From: Octopus sinensis
Lineage: Eukaryota
DNA length: 64,000 nucleotides
Reading direction: 5' to 3'
Assembly (NCBI RefSeq): GCF_006345805.1
Contig: NC_042997.1
Span: 26,040,001 to 26,104,000 of the forward strand
Positions 1 to 11,910 of the stretch are shown in pieces. The notes under the pieces are model-generated. The model was not told where the DNA came from and did no database searches. It was given only the letters and a program-made list of their open reading frames with translations. A program made the translations under genes and the position numbers. The stretch's first letter is position 1. Every line of letters starts with the position of its first letter.

Positions 1-283
1 GGAAAAAGTTACAACCATCGAAAGATTTCCTTATTCGGGCGCTGTTGTGGAACAGCAACAACAACAAATAACATCAGCAACAGAGCAGCAGAATGGGCAT
101 GAGTAGTAGTTAAAACAAGAAATTTCCTTTATTTTTGCATCTGCTAGAGTTTGATCTCACAGCGCTGAAATTTAAGCAAGTGCCATCTATAACACGTCAC
201 ATTCTCACATATGTAATATTGTCAGTTTGGAAACTTCGTGCCACTTCAATTCTGCCAGATAAAAATTCCATTTAGAGATAAAA

Positions 284-512
284 GGCGGTGAGCTGGCAGA
301 ACCGTTAGCACGCCGGACGAAATGCGTAGCCGTATTTCGTCTGCTGTTACGTTCTGAGTTCAAATTCCGCCGAGGTCGATTTTGCCTTTCATCCTTTCGG
401 GGTCGATAAATTAAGTACTAGTTACGCACTGGGGTCGATGTAATCGACTTAATCCGTTTGTCTGTCCTTGTTTGTCCCCTCTGTGTTTAGCCCCTTGTGG
501 GTAGTAATGAAA
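284..512 (+). mobile_element. tRNA-derived SINE, family A (long form)
   Basis: Head GGCGGTGAGCTGGCAGAA (A box) and GAGTTCAAATTCC (B box); near-identical copies at 39437 and 56441. Confidence 0.85.
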
Positions 513-1394
513 TGTATTATCAGTTTGGAAACGTCGTGCAAGATAAAATTTCCATTTAGAGAAAAAAAAGTATATAATGAAACGAATTAATAAATAAATA
601 CAAACACAAGCCTAATTGAAAATATGTTTAATATATGTTGTTGGCGTGACTGACAATGGGACTCTAACAACTAAACTAGAACAAACGACTTCAATATTAA
701 CGACCAAGGTCTGAGGATAGAACATTTTAAACACTATATATAATAATCGTTGCAGTAAAACTAGTATTCGAAACACTTAAAGTGCATTCTACGTTTAACT
801 TTTGATCATTCAAAGTTTTGTGGGAGAAATTTGGTCGAAAGAAAATATACGAAAGCTCATCGGAGGAACGGCCTCTGTTGTTAGTTGTCAGACTTAATTT
901 TCTACCCAGTTTAGACCAACCATATGACCCTCCGGTGAATTTAAAGTTTTGCGCACATGTAAGCCAAATGATCTGTTTTAAGATGACTTATTCCATTCCT
1001 GCCATTAGTCAGGAAACCCCTAGAATGATTCATGAGTCCTGCCGTCCATCTTCTTTGGAAGCTATTAAAAATAAAACAACATATCGTAGTAAAATACACC
1101 AATTAAAACGGCCTCAACAATAACAACTATAGAAACAATTACATAAACAACGAAAGTAACTGCAAAATTATCAACAACTACACAAAGAACAAAACTTGTT
1201 AACGAGAGAAGCGGCTAAGGATCCAGCCACTTGCTAAAAATACTATCTAAATGTTCTTCAAACTTCACATTAGCATTTTTAAATAGATACTTTGCATAAT
1301 ATGGTTGGGTTTGCCCTATCTTTACAGCTAAAATTAAAGATTGGATGAAATTCATTTAAATGGCCAGCACCTGTTGCGAAACAACAAATACAGC

Positions 1395-1570
1395 GGAGGC
1401 GCAATGGCCCAGTCATTAGGGCAGCGGACTCGCGGTCGTAAGAACGCGGTTTCGATTCCCAAACCGGGCATTGTGAGTGTTTATTGAGCAAAAACACCTA
1501 AGTTCCACGAGACTACGGGTGAACCCCGCTGTACTCTTTCACCATAACTTTCTCTCACTTTTTCTTACTA
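1395..1570 (+). mobile_element. tRNA-derived SINE, family C, 5' portion
   Basis: GGAGGCGCAATGGCCCAG head and GGTTTCGATTCCC B box; matches full copies at 3281 and 23817. Confidence 0.8.
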
Positions 1571-2569
1571 CTTCTGCCACAAAACAGAGGAACCACGGTG
1601 TAACCCACTATAGTGTGGTAAACCTTTCAAACCCTAATCTAGATTGCGAATCCTCTGTACCCCAGGATGGTTCAGCTCTCCACCCGTTAAAAAGCCTCTG
1701 TTTACGGACTGAAGATAACAACGTAGCTTTCGCGCCCGTGGAATCGCCAGTCTATCGCGTGTGGTGGGTGGATCTTCAAGTTGCCACACGCATTCTTAGT
1801 AGCTTAGAGTAGGCTCAAATTAGAGAATATTCTTTGTGGCTAATAGCGTGAGTCCTGATTGGAAGAAGAGAACAACTACAGTAGCAACAACAATTGTAAC
1901 AACACCAATGGCAATAAGTAAATAATGTAGCAGCAATGAAAGTGTTGATGGTGGTCACTATGCGTGGTTGTAGGACTTAATTAAAAACATAAAATACAGA
2001 AACAACGACAAGAAAATAAAAGTAAATGAAACATAATTACCGGAGCCTTTACCAGGTCTTTCTCTCTGCTAGAAATAGAACCCAAATCTCCTTCAAATAT
2101 CCTTGCAATCTTTAAAATAGAACATATTAGGTATTGTTTTCTAGGTCCCTGGCACTTAGAAAAAAATCATAGACTAACAGTTGGAATTTTGTTAGTAGAT
2201 TTCATCCATGAGGATCGACATGAGATAAAACAACAAGAATAACAAACAACGGTGACTGACAACAGCGCTAGCAGCAACAACAAATTTAGCAGTCTCTATT
2301 AAAAAAGAAATAATTTAAATAACTGGAACCAAAAGCGAAACTACGAAACACCAAGAGGACACAAATCAGTACCACCAAAAATATATACAGAAGAGAAGAA
2401 TTAGTCAGAGTAGAATCCACAACACCCAATTCCCATGTGGCTAGCTATCATATGCCACATGTAACTAAGTGTCTGTACATTAACGTTCGGGTTACAGAAA
2501 ATAGCAGCCGAATTCCTCCAAATCTTATTCCTACATGACTACAGAAGAAAGAGGACACGAGATCATATA

Positions 2570-2968
2570 TCTTTATATATAAAAGTGAAGTTGTGTGTCT
2601 GTCTCCTACGATTTAGATTCCTAATTACTCCCACATTTTGCGGTGCAGTGTAACCAAAAGCGGGTATCTTATAGTCGTGATTCATATTGAGCCCTTCTGG
2701 GTATTAGCGCGCGTCTACGATGAGTCTACGATTTAAAAAAAAATTACCATCATTTTTTCCCATTTTAATGCATTTTTTCGCTATTATATAAGGGAAGTAA
2801 CTCTCTTAAAATGTCTACGATGAGTCAACGATTTTTAAAAAAATTTACCAACAAGTTTATTTCCATTTTTAATGCATTTTTTAAACTATTTTTTGGCTAT
2901 AACTCTCTAAAAATGCTTATATAGTTATTTCCCTTACAAACCCGAGCAACGCCGGGCGATACTGCTAG
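2570..2968 (+). mobile_element. Non-autonomous Helitron, copy 1
   Basis: A|TC 5' end, CTAG|T 3' end, subterminal hairpin CCCG-AGCAACGC-CGGG, no TSD; six copies share the termini. Confidence 0.85.
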
Positions 2969-3280
2969 TTATAATATATTTCTAAACTGACGGTATTGTA
3001 AAGGAGAGAATATATTTCATCTCCTTAGTGATAAAGTCGTTCGGTGTTCTGTTGTGTAACCGATGTACTGCAGCTGTAAATATTCTTCAAGGAACATAAT
3101 ATACACAAATGCATAACTAGATACATGCACACATTTACAGTACACACACACACGCACATTCACACACAACCACACACACACACACACACACCACACACAC
3201 ATATTTATATATATGATGATTGCCACTTCTTTACAGAAGAAGGCCTTCTCTTCAATTAATAAATAGTCATGAGATCTTAT

Positions 3281-3665
3281 GTGGTGGAAGCACTCCGTCG
3301 GTTACGACGATGAGGGTTCCGGTTGATCCGATCAACGGAACAGCCTGCTCGTGAAATTAACGTGTAAGTGGCTGAGCACTCCACAGACACGTGTACCCTT
3401 AACGTAGTTCTCGGGGATATTCAGCGTGACACAGAGAGTGACAAGGCCGGCCCTTTGAAATACAAGCACAACAGAAACAGGAAGTAAGAGTGAGAGAAAG
3501 TTGTGGTGAAGGAGTATAGCAGGGATCACCACCATCCCTGCCGGAGCCTCGTGGAGCTTTAGGTGTTTTCGCTCAATAAACACTCACAACGCCCGGTCTG
3601 GGAATCGAAACCGCGATCCTACGACCGCGAGTCCGCTGCCCTAACCACTGGGCCATTGCGCCTCC
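3281..3665 (-). mobile_element. tRNA-derived SINE, family C, full length
   Basis: 13-bp TSD CATGAGATCTTAT at 3268-3280 and 3666-3678; A/B boxes on the minus strand. Confidence 0.9.
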
Positions 3666-3774
3666 CATGAGATCTTATATGACTAGCATGTCGTGCTCTT
3701 GATAAATAAACTCTACTGCCGATCTGGCTAATATTTTACAGCAGAAAAGTGTTTGGGATTGTAGTTAAGTCCTG

Positions 3775-4138
3775 TCTACGAAGTGCTCATTTCACGATTG
3801 ATTGTTCGATTCTTCGAGTTTCAAATTCTTTACATCTATTGTAGATCATTTGTTTCCAAACCGATCGATCTTGCGTCATCTTCTCCTAGTCTTCAACTTC
3901 CCCATCAAAAGCCTTAAGGTTGCTTTTGACAGCATCCCTAAAATGTTTCTTAGGTTTATGTCTCGGACGCCTTCCATGCTGCAACTCCCCATAAATGAAT
4001 GGTTTGGCAACCTGTCATCCTGAATTCTAGCAAGGTGCCCAACCCAACCCAACGCATCTGATTGCGTATAAGTATCACTTCAAAACTGGATGTGGTAGCT
4101 TGCTGAGGAACAAGAGTGTCTGGTGTTAAAGACTTCCA
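3775..4138 (-). pseudogene. RTE-clade LINE fragment (post-RT C-terminal region)
   Basis: Broken minus-strand translation RNQMRWVG..HLARIQDDRLP..HGRRPRHKPKKHFRDAVKSNLK..DRSVWK, homologous to the RTE at 10211-11225. Confidence 0.8.
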
Positions 4139-4141
4139 TAT

Positions 4142-4174
<33 letters not shown>

Positions 4175-4572
4175 TCTTTATATATAAAAGTAAGGTTGTG
4201 TGTCTGTCTCCTACGATTTCGATTCCTAACTACTCCCACATTTTGCGGTGCAGTTTAACCAAAACCGGGTATCTTATAGTCGTGATTCATATCGAGCCAT
4301 TCTGGGTACTAGCGTGCGTCTACGATGAGTCTACGATTTAAAAAAAAAATTACCATCATTTTTTTGCATTTTAATGCATTTTTTTCGCTATTAAATAAGG
4401 GAAGTAACTCTCTAAAAATGTCTACGATGAGTCAACGATTTAAAAAAAAATTACCATAATTTTTTTTCCATTTTTAATACATTTTGTTGCTATTTTTTGG
4501 CTATAACTCTCTAAAAATGCTTATATAGTTATTTCCCTTACAAACCCGAGCAACGCCGGTCGATACTGCTAG
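4175..4572 (+). mobile_element. Non-autonomous Helitron, copy 2
   Basis: A|TC...CTAG|T, closely similar to copy 1 including its internal direct duplication. Confidence 0.85.
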
Positions 4573-4574
4573 TA

Positions 4575-4750
4575 TATATATAAAATACAAAATGCGACAA
4601 GACCACAAAGCATCCGGACAATTAGTTGATACAAAAAGGGACAACAAAACATCCAGATAACGATACAAAAAAAACAAGGATGGGTCATTCGAGGCTTTTT
4701 ATCTTCAGTCAAGAACCGGATCATCCTCGCAATTTCGGCTTTTCGCAATT
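4575..4750 (-). repeat. Unclassified interspersed repeat (second copy at 44700-45005)
   Basis: Shared GAAATTGC(G/T)AGGATGATCCGGTTCTTGACTGAAGA and a T-rich downstream segment. Confidence 0.6.
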
Positions 4751-5424
4751 TCATATATATATGATTATGAATGTATGTGTGTGTGTGTAGCTATCTGTAA
4801 CTATGCGTATGTGACTATGTATATGTATGTATGCACGGACAGATGCATCATCCGTATATATGTAGGTAGCGTAGTATGTGCTTATATAAATAAATATATA
4901 TGTGTAGGTATATATGTATATATATATAGAACGATGTATATGTGCATGTAAGTTCATCAACCTAAAGATCGGGGTATTCTTGAAGGTGAGCCAATGGCAA
5001 CTGCAAGGGTATCCGACCATGAAGAATGAATTAGCAGTACAACGTAACAGACTGGCACGAACATCAATACTTGCCTTCCATAGCATAGCCACGCTCCCAC
5101 TTCATCTATACATTTGAAGCAGATTCTTCAACAGACTTTCAAGCACGAAACACATTTTGATATCCTGCGTGGTGAGAACAACCACTCTATGACATAGAGA
5201 AAGGATGCTGTCGAAGCCGAAAATTTGAGTTAACGGAACACAAAAACAATATTTATATATTACCTCATGGAACACAACAAGATCTCAAAATGCAGGGGAG
5301 CGGACGCATAACCAAATACCTATGAACCTGGAGAAATGCGTTGCTTGGAAGCATTTGTAGTGATAACAAATTCCTCTGTGCTCCTTCTTGTTGATTCCAA
5401 TTCACTCATTTATATATATATATG

Positions 5425-5469
<45 letters not shown>

Positions 5470-5667
5470 GTGAGTGTGTGTCTGTGTGTTTGTGTGTGTG
5501 TGTGTGTCTGTGTGTGGGTGTGTGTGCATTTAGGCAACGGGTTTCCACATTTTCCCTCAGCTAACTTCAACCACACGGCTCCGGAGTATAGTAGAAGTTA
5601 CTTGCTCGAGGTGCTGTGCTGTAAGACTGAACCTAAAAGCAAGTGACTGCAAAGGAACCTTCTAAAC

Positions 5668-5892
5668 CAGGGGTGGGCAAACTACAGCCCGCGGGCCGCA
5701 TGCGGCCCGCCATAGGTTTTCATGCGGCCCGCCGAGAGCTTTTATGAATCCCAACTTCTATGCAGATACTTCGTAACTGTTTCAGTTGTACGGTAATTCA
5801 CAATATTTTCACTTGATTTTTATAAATGAGGCCCGCCAAGGTTCCAAAGACGCACTGTGCGGCCCGCGATCAAAAAAGTTTGCCCACTCCTG
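5668..5892. mobile_element. hAT (Charlie-like) MITE
   Basis: TIRs CAGGGGTGGGCAAAC / GTTTGCCCACTCCTG; 8-bp TSD TTCTAAAC at 5660-5667 and 5893-5900. Confidence 0.9.
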
Positions 5893-5964
5893 TTCTAAAC
5901 CCTGAAGGTATGCCTGAGTCTGACTGACAAATTTTTATTTTCTATTTTTACCCTCATTATGTGG

Positions 5965-6285
5965 CCCGACATTGTGTCGATTACAACGACGAGCGTTCCA
6001 GTTGATCCGATCAACGAAAGAGCCTGCTCGGAAAATTGAACCTGCAAGTGACTGAGCACTCAACAGACACACGTGCCCTTAACGTAGCTCTTAGCAACAC
6101 TCAGCGTGACACACCGAATTTGACAAGGCTGGCCCATTGAACAACAGATTTTTACTAGTCGAGTGAACTGGAGCTACGTGAAATAAAATGTCTTTGTCAA
6201 GGACACAACACACTGCCAGGAATCGAACTCATGAACTAACGATTGCGAGTCAAAGACCCTAGCCACTAAACCACGCTCCTTCACC
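5965..6285 (-). mobile_element. Older tRNA-SINE sharing the family C 3' half
   Basis: GTTGATCCGATCAACG...GACTGAGCACTC...CCCTTAACGTAG matches the family C tail; degraded B box (GGAATCGAACTC on + strand). Confidence 0.7.
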
Positions 6286-7269
6286 CTGATTGTATACATA
6301 CCTAAAACCACCCAGTATTGAAAATGCGTCGCTATTATTTAATTAAGCGTATAACTGATATAGAAATTAATCTAGAGATGGTAAAGTACCTGACGCGATA
6401 TGGCTTGGAAGTCGAATTACCTGATCCGGTTTCGGTCCCCAGTTGGAACAATGTCCTTTTCTGCCCATTTGTCACAGAGGTGGAAGACAATTGAGACAGA
6501 GAAAATGCAGTGGGGGGGGGGGCAAAGTATTACCATTAATTACTTTAATGGATAGAAGAGTGTATCTTAACGTTTCAGACGTTAGTCCATCATGAGAAGG
6601 AAAGAGAGACCCATGGAGCGGGGGTGAGAGAGAAAGGAAAACACTTAATGAAGGGGAAAAGGGGAAATATTTAGAAATCACATAGGAGAGGAGTTAAGAA
6701 AGCAGGGGCGGGTAGCGGGGATGTAGATATAAATTTAAGATTGTATCTTATAATACATCTGTTCTATCATTTACGTAAATACAAACCTACCTGAAACAGA
6801 TGTAAAACATGCAAAAGGAAAATATAACAACAAACCTATCATACTGTGAATTACTTTTCAATTTGTACTGTACGTTTTTTTTCTCATTAAAACATTTCAT
6901 TTGTTATATGTTAGCAAAATACACTATAATTTAATGACAGTAAATATATAAGTTTATATTATGTCCTTGCCACTGATGATAGTTGACGTATATCAGATGC
7001 GAAAGCATTTGTCTAATGATCTCCAGTTCAATCCCGGATTTCAACGTGTCTGGGTTTTGTACTATTTGTCTTTCTACCTTATGATATCATTTTAAAACGA
7101 AATTTCTATATTTTTTTCATTTTTAGGAATTGCAATAGAAAGTGAGATTTCGGTCTCACACGCGCACACAGTCACACACGAGTTTACATACCTACATGTA
7201 CATACATGCGTTCATACACACACACATGCATACATGCTTATATATGTGTGTGTGCGCGTGTGTTTGTGT

Positions 7270-7405
7270 GTGTGTGTGTATCGACACAATTATTTTAATT
7301 GTATTAATAAATGTATGTGTGTGTATCGACACAATTATTTTAATTGTATTAATAAATGTATGTGTGTGTGTGTGTGTGTGTTTGGACACAATTATCTTAA
7401 TTATA
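7270..7405. repeat. 45-bp tandem duplication (about 2.5 units)
   Basis: TCGACACAATTATTTTAATTGTATTAATAAATGTAT at 7281 and 7326, degenerate third unit at 7384. Confidence 0.8.
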
Positions 7406-7442
7406 ATTCGTTCTAGTATAGAGCCTGAAATATTGTGGGGAG

Positions 7443-7590
7443 GAGGAAGTCGATTACATCGACTCGGTACTCAACTGAAACTTATTTCATCGACCCGAAA
7501 GGATGAAAGCACATCGACCTCGGCGACCTTTGAACTCAGAACGTAATGCCGAAAGTAATGCCACAATGCACTGTGCCCGGCGCAGTGGCG
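7443..7590 (-). mobile_element. SINE family A, degraded
   Basis: GTCGATTACATCGAC...CGAAAGGATGAAAG...GAACTCAGAACGT. Confidence 0.7.
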
Positions 7591-7652
7591 AGTCTGCCAA
7601 TTCACCATCTTAATCATCATAATAATATTTTGTGCTTCTATAGTCAAATAAT

Positions 7653-7871
7653 TACTCTTTACTCTTTACTCTTTTACTTGTTTCAGTCATTTGACTGCGG
7701 CCATGCTGGAGCACCGTCTTTAGTCGTGCAAATCGACCCCGGGACTAATTCTCTGTAAGCGTAATACTTATTCTATCGGTCTCTTTTGCCGTACCGCTAA
7801 GTGACGGGGACGTAAACACACCAGCATCGGTTGTCAAGCAATGCTAGGGGGACAAACACAGAGACAAAAAC

Positions 7872-7962
<91 letters not shown>

Positions 7963-8113
7963 GACAGGCTTCTTTCAGTTTCCGTCTACCAAATCCACTC
8001 ACAAGGCATTGGTCGGCCCGGGGCTATAGCAGAAGACACTTGCCCAAGATGCCACGCAGTGGGACTGAGCCCGGAACCATGTGGTTGGTTAGCAAGCTAC
8101 TTACCACACAGCC
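7653..8113 (-). mobile_element. tRNA-derived SINE, family B (internal microsatellite, GTAAAAGA-repeat tail)
   Basis: Reverse complement of 8292-8704; internal (CA)n(TA)n. Confidence 0.9.
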
Positions 8114-8291
8114 TTGAAATCTCCCTAGCAGTAAAGCATTTGGAAGTCTGCACTAGATTGTTGTTTATGAGACGTGAATAAATTTTGAAAGACTTGAAAC
8201 AGTAACTGGTAAAATTCGCACAAAATTTTGTAAAATTCTGTGGCAACGAGAGAACTTCTGTTGTGAGTTGCAGTAAATTTCATATCAGTTC

Positions 8292-8704
8292 GGCGCAGGA
8301 GTGGCTGTGTGGTAAGTAGCTTGTTTACCAACCACATGGTTCCGGGTTCAGTCCCACTGCGTGGCATCTTGGGCAAGTGTCTCCTGCTATAGCCCCGGGC
8401 CGACCAATGCCTTGTGATTGGATTTGGTAGACGGAAACTGAAAGTAGCCTGTCGTATATATGTATATATATATATGTATGTGTATGTGTGTATGTTTGTG
8501 TGTCTGTGTTTGTCCCCCTAGCATTGTTTAACAACCGATGCTGGTGTGTTTACGTCCCCGTCACTTAGCGGTTCGGCAAAAGAGACCGATAGAATAAGTA
8601 CTGGGCTTACAAAGAATAAGTTCCGGGGTCGATTTGCTCGACTAAAGGCGGTGCTCCAGCATGGCCGCAGTCAAATGACTGAAACAAGTAAAAGAGTAAA
8701 GAGA
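8292..8704 (+). mobile_element. tRNA-derived SINE, family B, full length
   Basis: GGCGCAGGAGTGGCTGTGTGG head, GGTTCAGTCCC B box, CORE-like TTGGGCAAGT, tail GGTGCTCCAGCATGGCCGCAGTCAAATGACTGAAACAAGTAAAAGA. Confidence 0.9.
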
Positions 8705-9198
8705 GTTCGAACTCATCTCATAAGTTATTGTGTTTAACGAATGTCATATTATGATAACTAGTTTGAAAATGTATTATTTCAATGCAAATTAACTACAACT
8801 GTATAGGAAATCAAGGTTGGTTTGCCCGTCTGGAGCCTAGACAAAAATGCTGACGCTTTAAAAAGAATATGTGGCGTGTAACTTACATTTATAAAAATGA
8901 CATTGACGTCTTCTTATGAGTATTAACTGTTTGCTCTTTGTATTCTACATGAAATGAAAGGTTTAAATATTTCAAATTTATATTTAATCAAGTTAAGTGT
9001 ATATCGAGTTTGAAGAATATATGCTGCTGGTGTCTAAGTTCAGTTCTGATTATAATCAGATGATTCAAAAATCGGTGCAGATATGAAGATTCCATGTCAT
9101 GGTCAGGGGCGATATATTAGACAATAGCAGTAATTTGTATAATAGCAATGTTGTACTACACAAAATATCTATCTATCTACTCCCCCTCCCTCTTTCTC

Positions 9199-9251
<53 letters not shown>

Positions 9252-9824
9252 TTCCTAAATGTCCGTATAGGCTTCTCTCTTAACATCTATTCCATAATAT
9301 TATTTTTTTAATCTAGTATATACTATCCTCAGCGTTTTAGGGCATCTTACAACATACATCATTTTCCCATTCATTTATTTAATTATCTTAACCCGTATAA
9401 TGGTCTCAATAGATGGTCTTTTGATTTTAAATTTCAACTGACCAATTAGATCGAACGTTGGACCTTGGCCTATCTCACTTCGGAGCTTAACCACCTACTA
9501 GTAAATTAAAAATTACATTTAATCGATTAGCACTTTATTATGATAAATACTATTCATTAGTACCACAAAAATAATTATCATAAGTTATTATAAATTACTA
9601 TGATTAATCTAGAACCTCATTGTATATTTACCCCCTTCTCCGACTAAAACCTATTTGCGTTTCCCACTATTATTTTTTTTTATCAATCCTATCTCCCCAC
9701 CCGTACAAAGCAATAATCCACTAATAACTATTTTAAGTTTAGTCATTTAATTACGCCAAAGAGATACACAAGCAAAATGCTATGATTACAACCATACTGT
9801 GTTAATCACTAGCTGGTGATTAAA

Positions 9825-9825
<1 letters not shown>

Positions 9826-9855
<30 letters not shown>

Positions 9856-9919
9856 TTTTCAGACCTCAAAACAATTCTCCAGTATATATATGTATATATA
9901 TATATGTACATATATATAT

Positions 9920-9964
<45 letters not shown>

Positions 9965-10023
9965 TTATATGTATGTGTATATATATGTACATATATATAT
10001 GTATATATTATATATATATATAT

Positions 10024-10082
<59 letters not shown>

Positions 10083-10156
10083 ATATGTATATATATACAT
10101 ATATATATATATACATATATATATTTATATACATATATATATTTATATACATATAT

Positions 10157-10210
<54 letters not shown>
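9826..10210. repeat. Interrupted (TA)n microsatellite
   Basis: Directly visible; source of the YIYI ORFs. Confidence 0.95.
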
Positions 10211-10212
<2 letters not shown>

Positions 10213-11220
10213 GGCTGCCCCCTCGTTATCGAGTATGACCATTGCACGAAGCTTAACTGTTACTGGTGCTGTGATCGAATGTGACTTTTTAGCCAGCTAA
10301 AGATCTACAATGTCTTGTACAGAATTGGCAACTAAACCCTTTACCGGTAATAGCCGACTGTTTTTGTAACTGGGCTTCATGTACCATTGCATGTTGTTTA
10401 AGTCCTCCTGCCGAATTACACTCTCTTCCACATGCCTGACAGATATGATTAGTATGGTGTGTTACACCACCACCAGTGGCCAGGTTGTCACTCATCTGTC
10501 TCTCTTTATGACTACGAAGATGACTCTTGAGTCCAGCTTTACTGAGGCAGGGTCTTGTACAGACATTGCATGTCAGCATCAAAGGAAGACACTTCCCATC
10601 TGGAAGTGTAACAGCGATGCCCTTCCTGGCATCCCTCCTTACTTTCTCATGTGCAACTCGAGATTTCTAAAAAGTGGCTGTCCCCTCGTGCACAATCCTT
10701 CTCCAGCTGCTACGATCAATAGCTATGACTTCCCATGTGTCAGGAGAGATGCAAGCATCTCTTAAGGAAGCCTTCAGCAAGTCCTTATACCTCTTTTTTG
10801 GTTTATGTGGAGGTCGTTCTCCTTTAGCTAACTCTCCATAAGAGAGTTATTTTGGCATCCTTGAATCCTTCATCCTGACCAGATAACCACTCCATCTTAG
10901 CCTTTGCTTTAACACAAGAGCTTCTATACTTTCACACCAAGAGCCTTCCAATATTTCAAGATCACTGATGCGGTCCTTCCACTTAATGCCATAAATCCGT
11001 CTGAGGCACATCTGATGGAAACGTTCCAGTTGTTTAAGGTGGTATCGATATGTGACCCCCGTCTCACAGGCATAGAGAAGAGAAGGGAGCACACATGCCT
11101 TGTACACCTTTATCTTTGTCTTTCTGCATATGTCTCGCCGAATCCAGGGGCGCTTTTCTAGCCTTCCGAAAGCAACACTTGCTTTCCTAATTCTGTATGG
11201 AATTACATCATCTAAATTGC

Positions 11221-11225
<5 letters not shown>
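10211..11225 (-). pseudogene. 5'-truncated RTE-clade LINE (RT C-terminal region + 3 C2H2 fingers + 3' UTR)
   Basis: ORF motifs RIRKASVAFGRL, KIKVYKACVLPSLLYACET, RLRWSGYLVRM..SRMPK; downstream fingers such as CNVCTRPCLSKAGLKSHLRSH; frameshifted. Confidence 0.92.
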
Positions 11226-11283
<58 letters not shown>

Positions 11284-11866
11284 TCATATACATATATTGT
11301 TTTATGTAAATTGATTTTTCAGTTATCTCTCGTAGGTTACTGTCGTTTCTTATGCAAATTGCTGCTGGGCAAATATCTTTGTAAAATGTCTCTCTGTTTG
11401 TAAAATCCAGACTACTGATCCGATGAATTCTTTCTGAATATGCTGCGTGGTCGAGGGCCAAATTTCCTGGGACATTTTTCTCGTTGTTTCTCACGCCGCT
11501 GACAAAACCAGATTTATATTGCTTTAAGTAAAAAGAATTATTTGTTTTTGCGTTAATTCTTATTTCACTGAAATTATTTCCCCTTTTCTTCCTTTGTCGT
11601 TAACAATTGCTATTTTGCTTTTCATGTCAATCTCCGATTAAGAGTGAAATTTTTATTCGTTCAGAACTTTATTTTTTCTTTGCGTACTTTATTCAGTAGT
11701 TCTACATTTGCTTCATTAAAAGTAATTTAATTTGTGCAATAGCACACATATAATTGTAGACCATCTGAAATATAATCTTGAGGATTCACTTGGATTAGAA
11801 AGCTTATTCTCACCTTAATTTCTCACTCACTCTTCTCTCGCTATCCGTCTCTCCCTTCCTCTCTCG

Positions 11867-11910
<44 letters not shown>

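Noticed and set aside
1395-1470. tRNA-like cloverleaf heads (also 3590-3665, 23817, 38577)
   Set aside because: They continue into SINE bodies with TSDs, so they are SINE heads, not tRNA genes
9786-10284. Many long YIYI/VCVC/THTH ORFs here and across the window
   Set aside because: Translations of (TA)n, (TG)n and (TACA)n microsatellites
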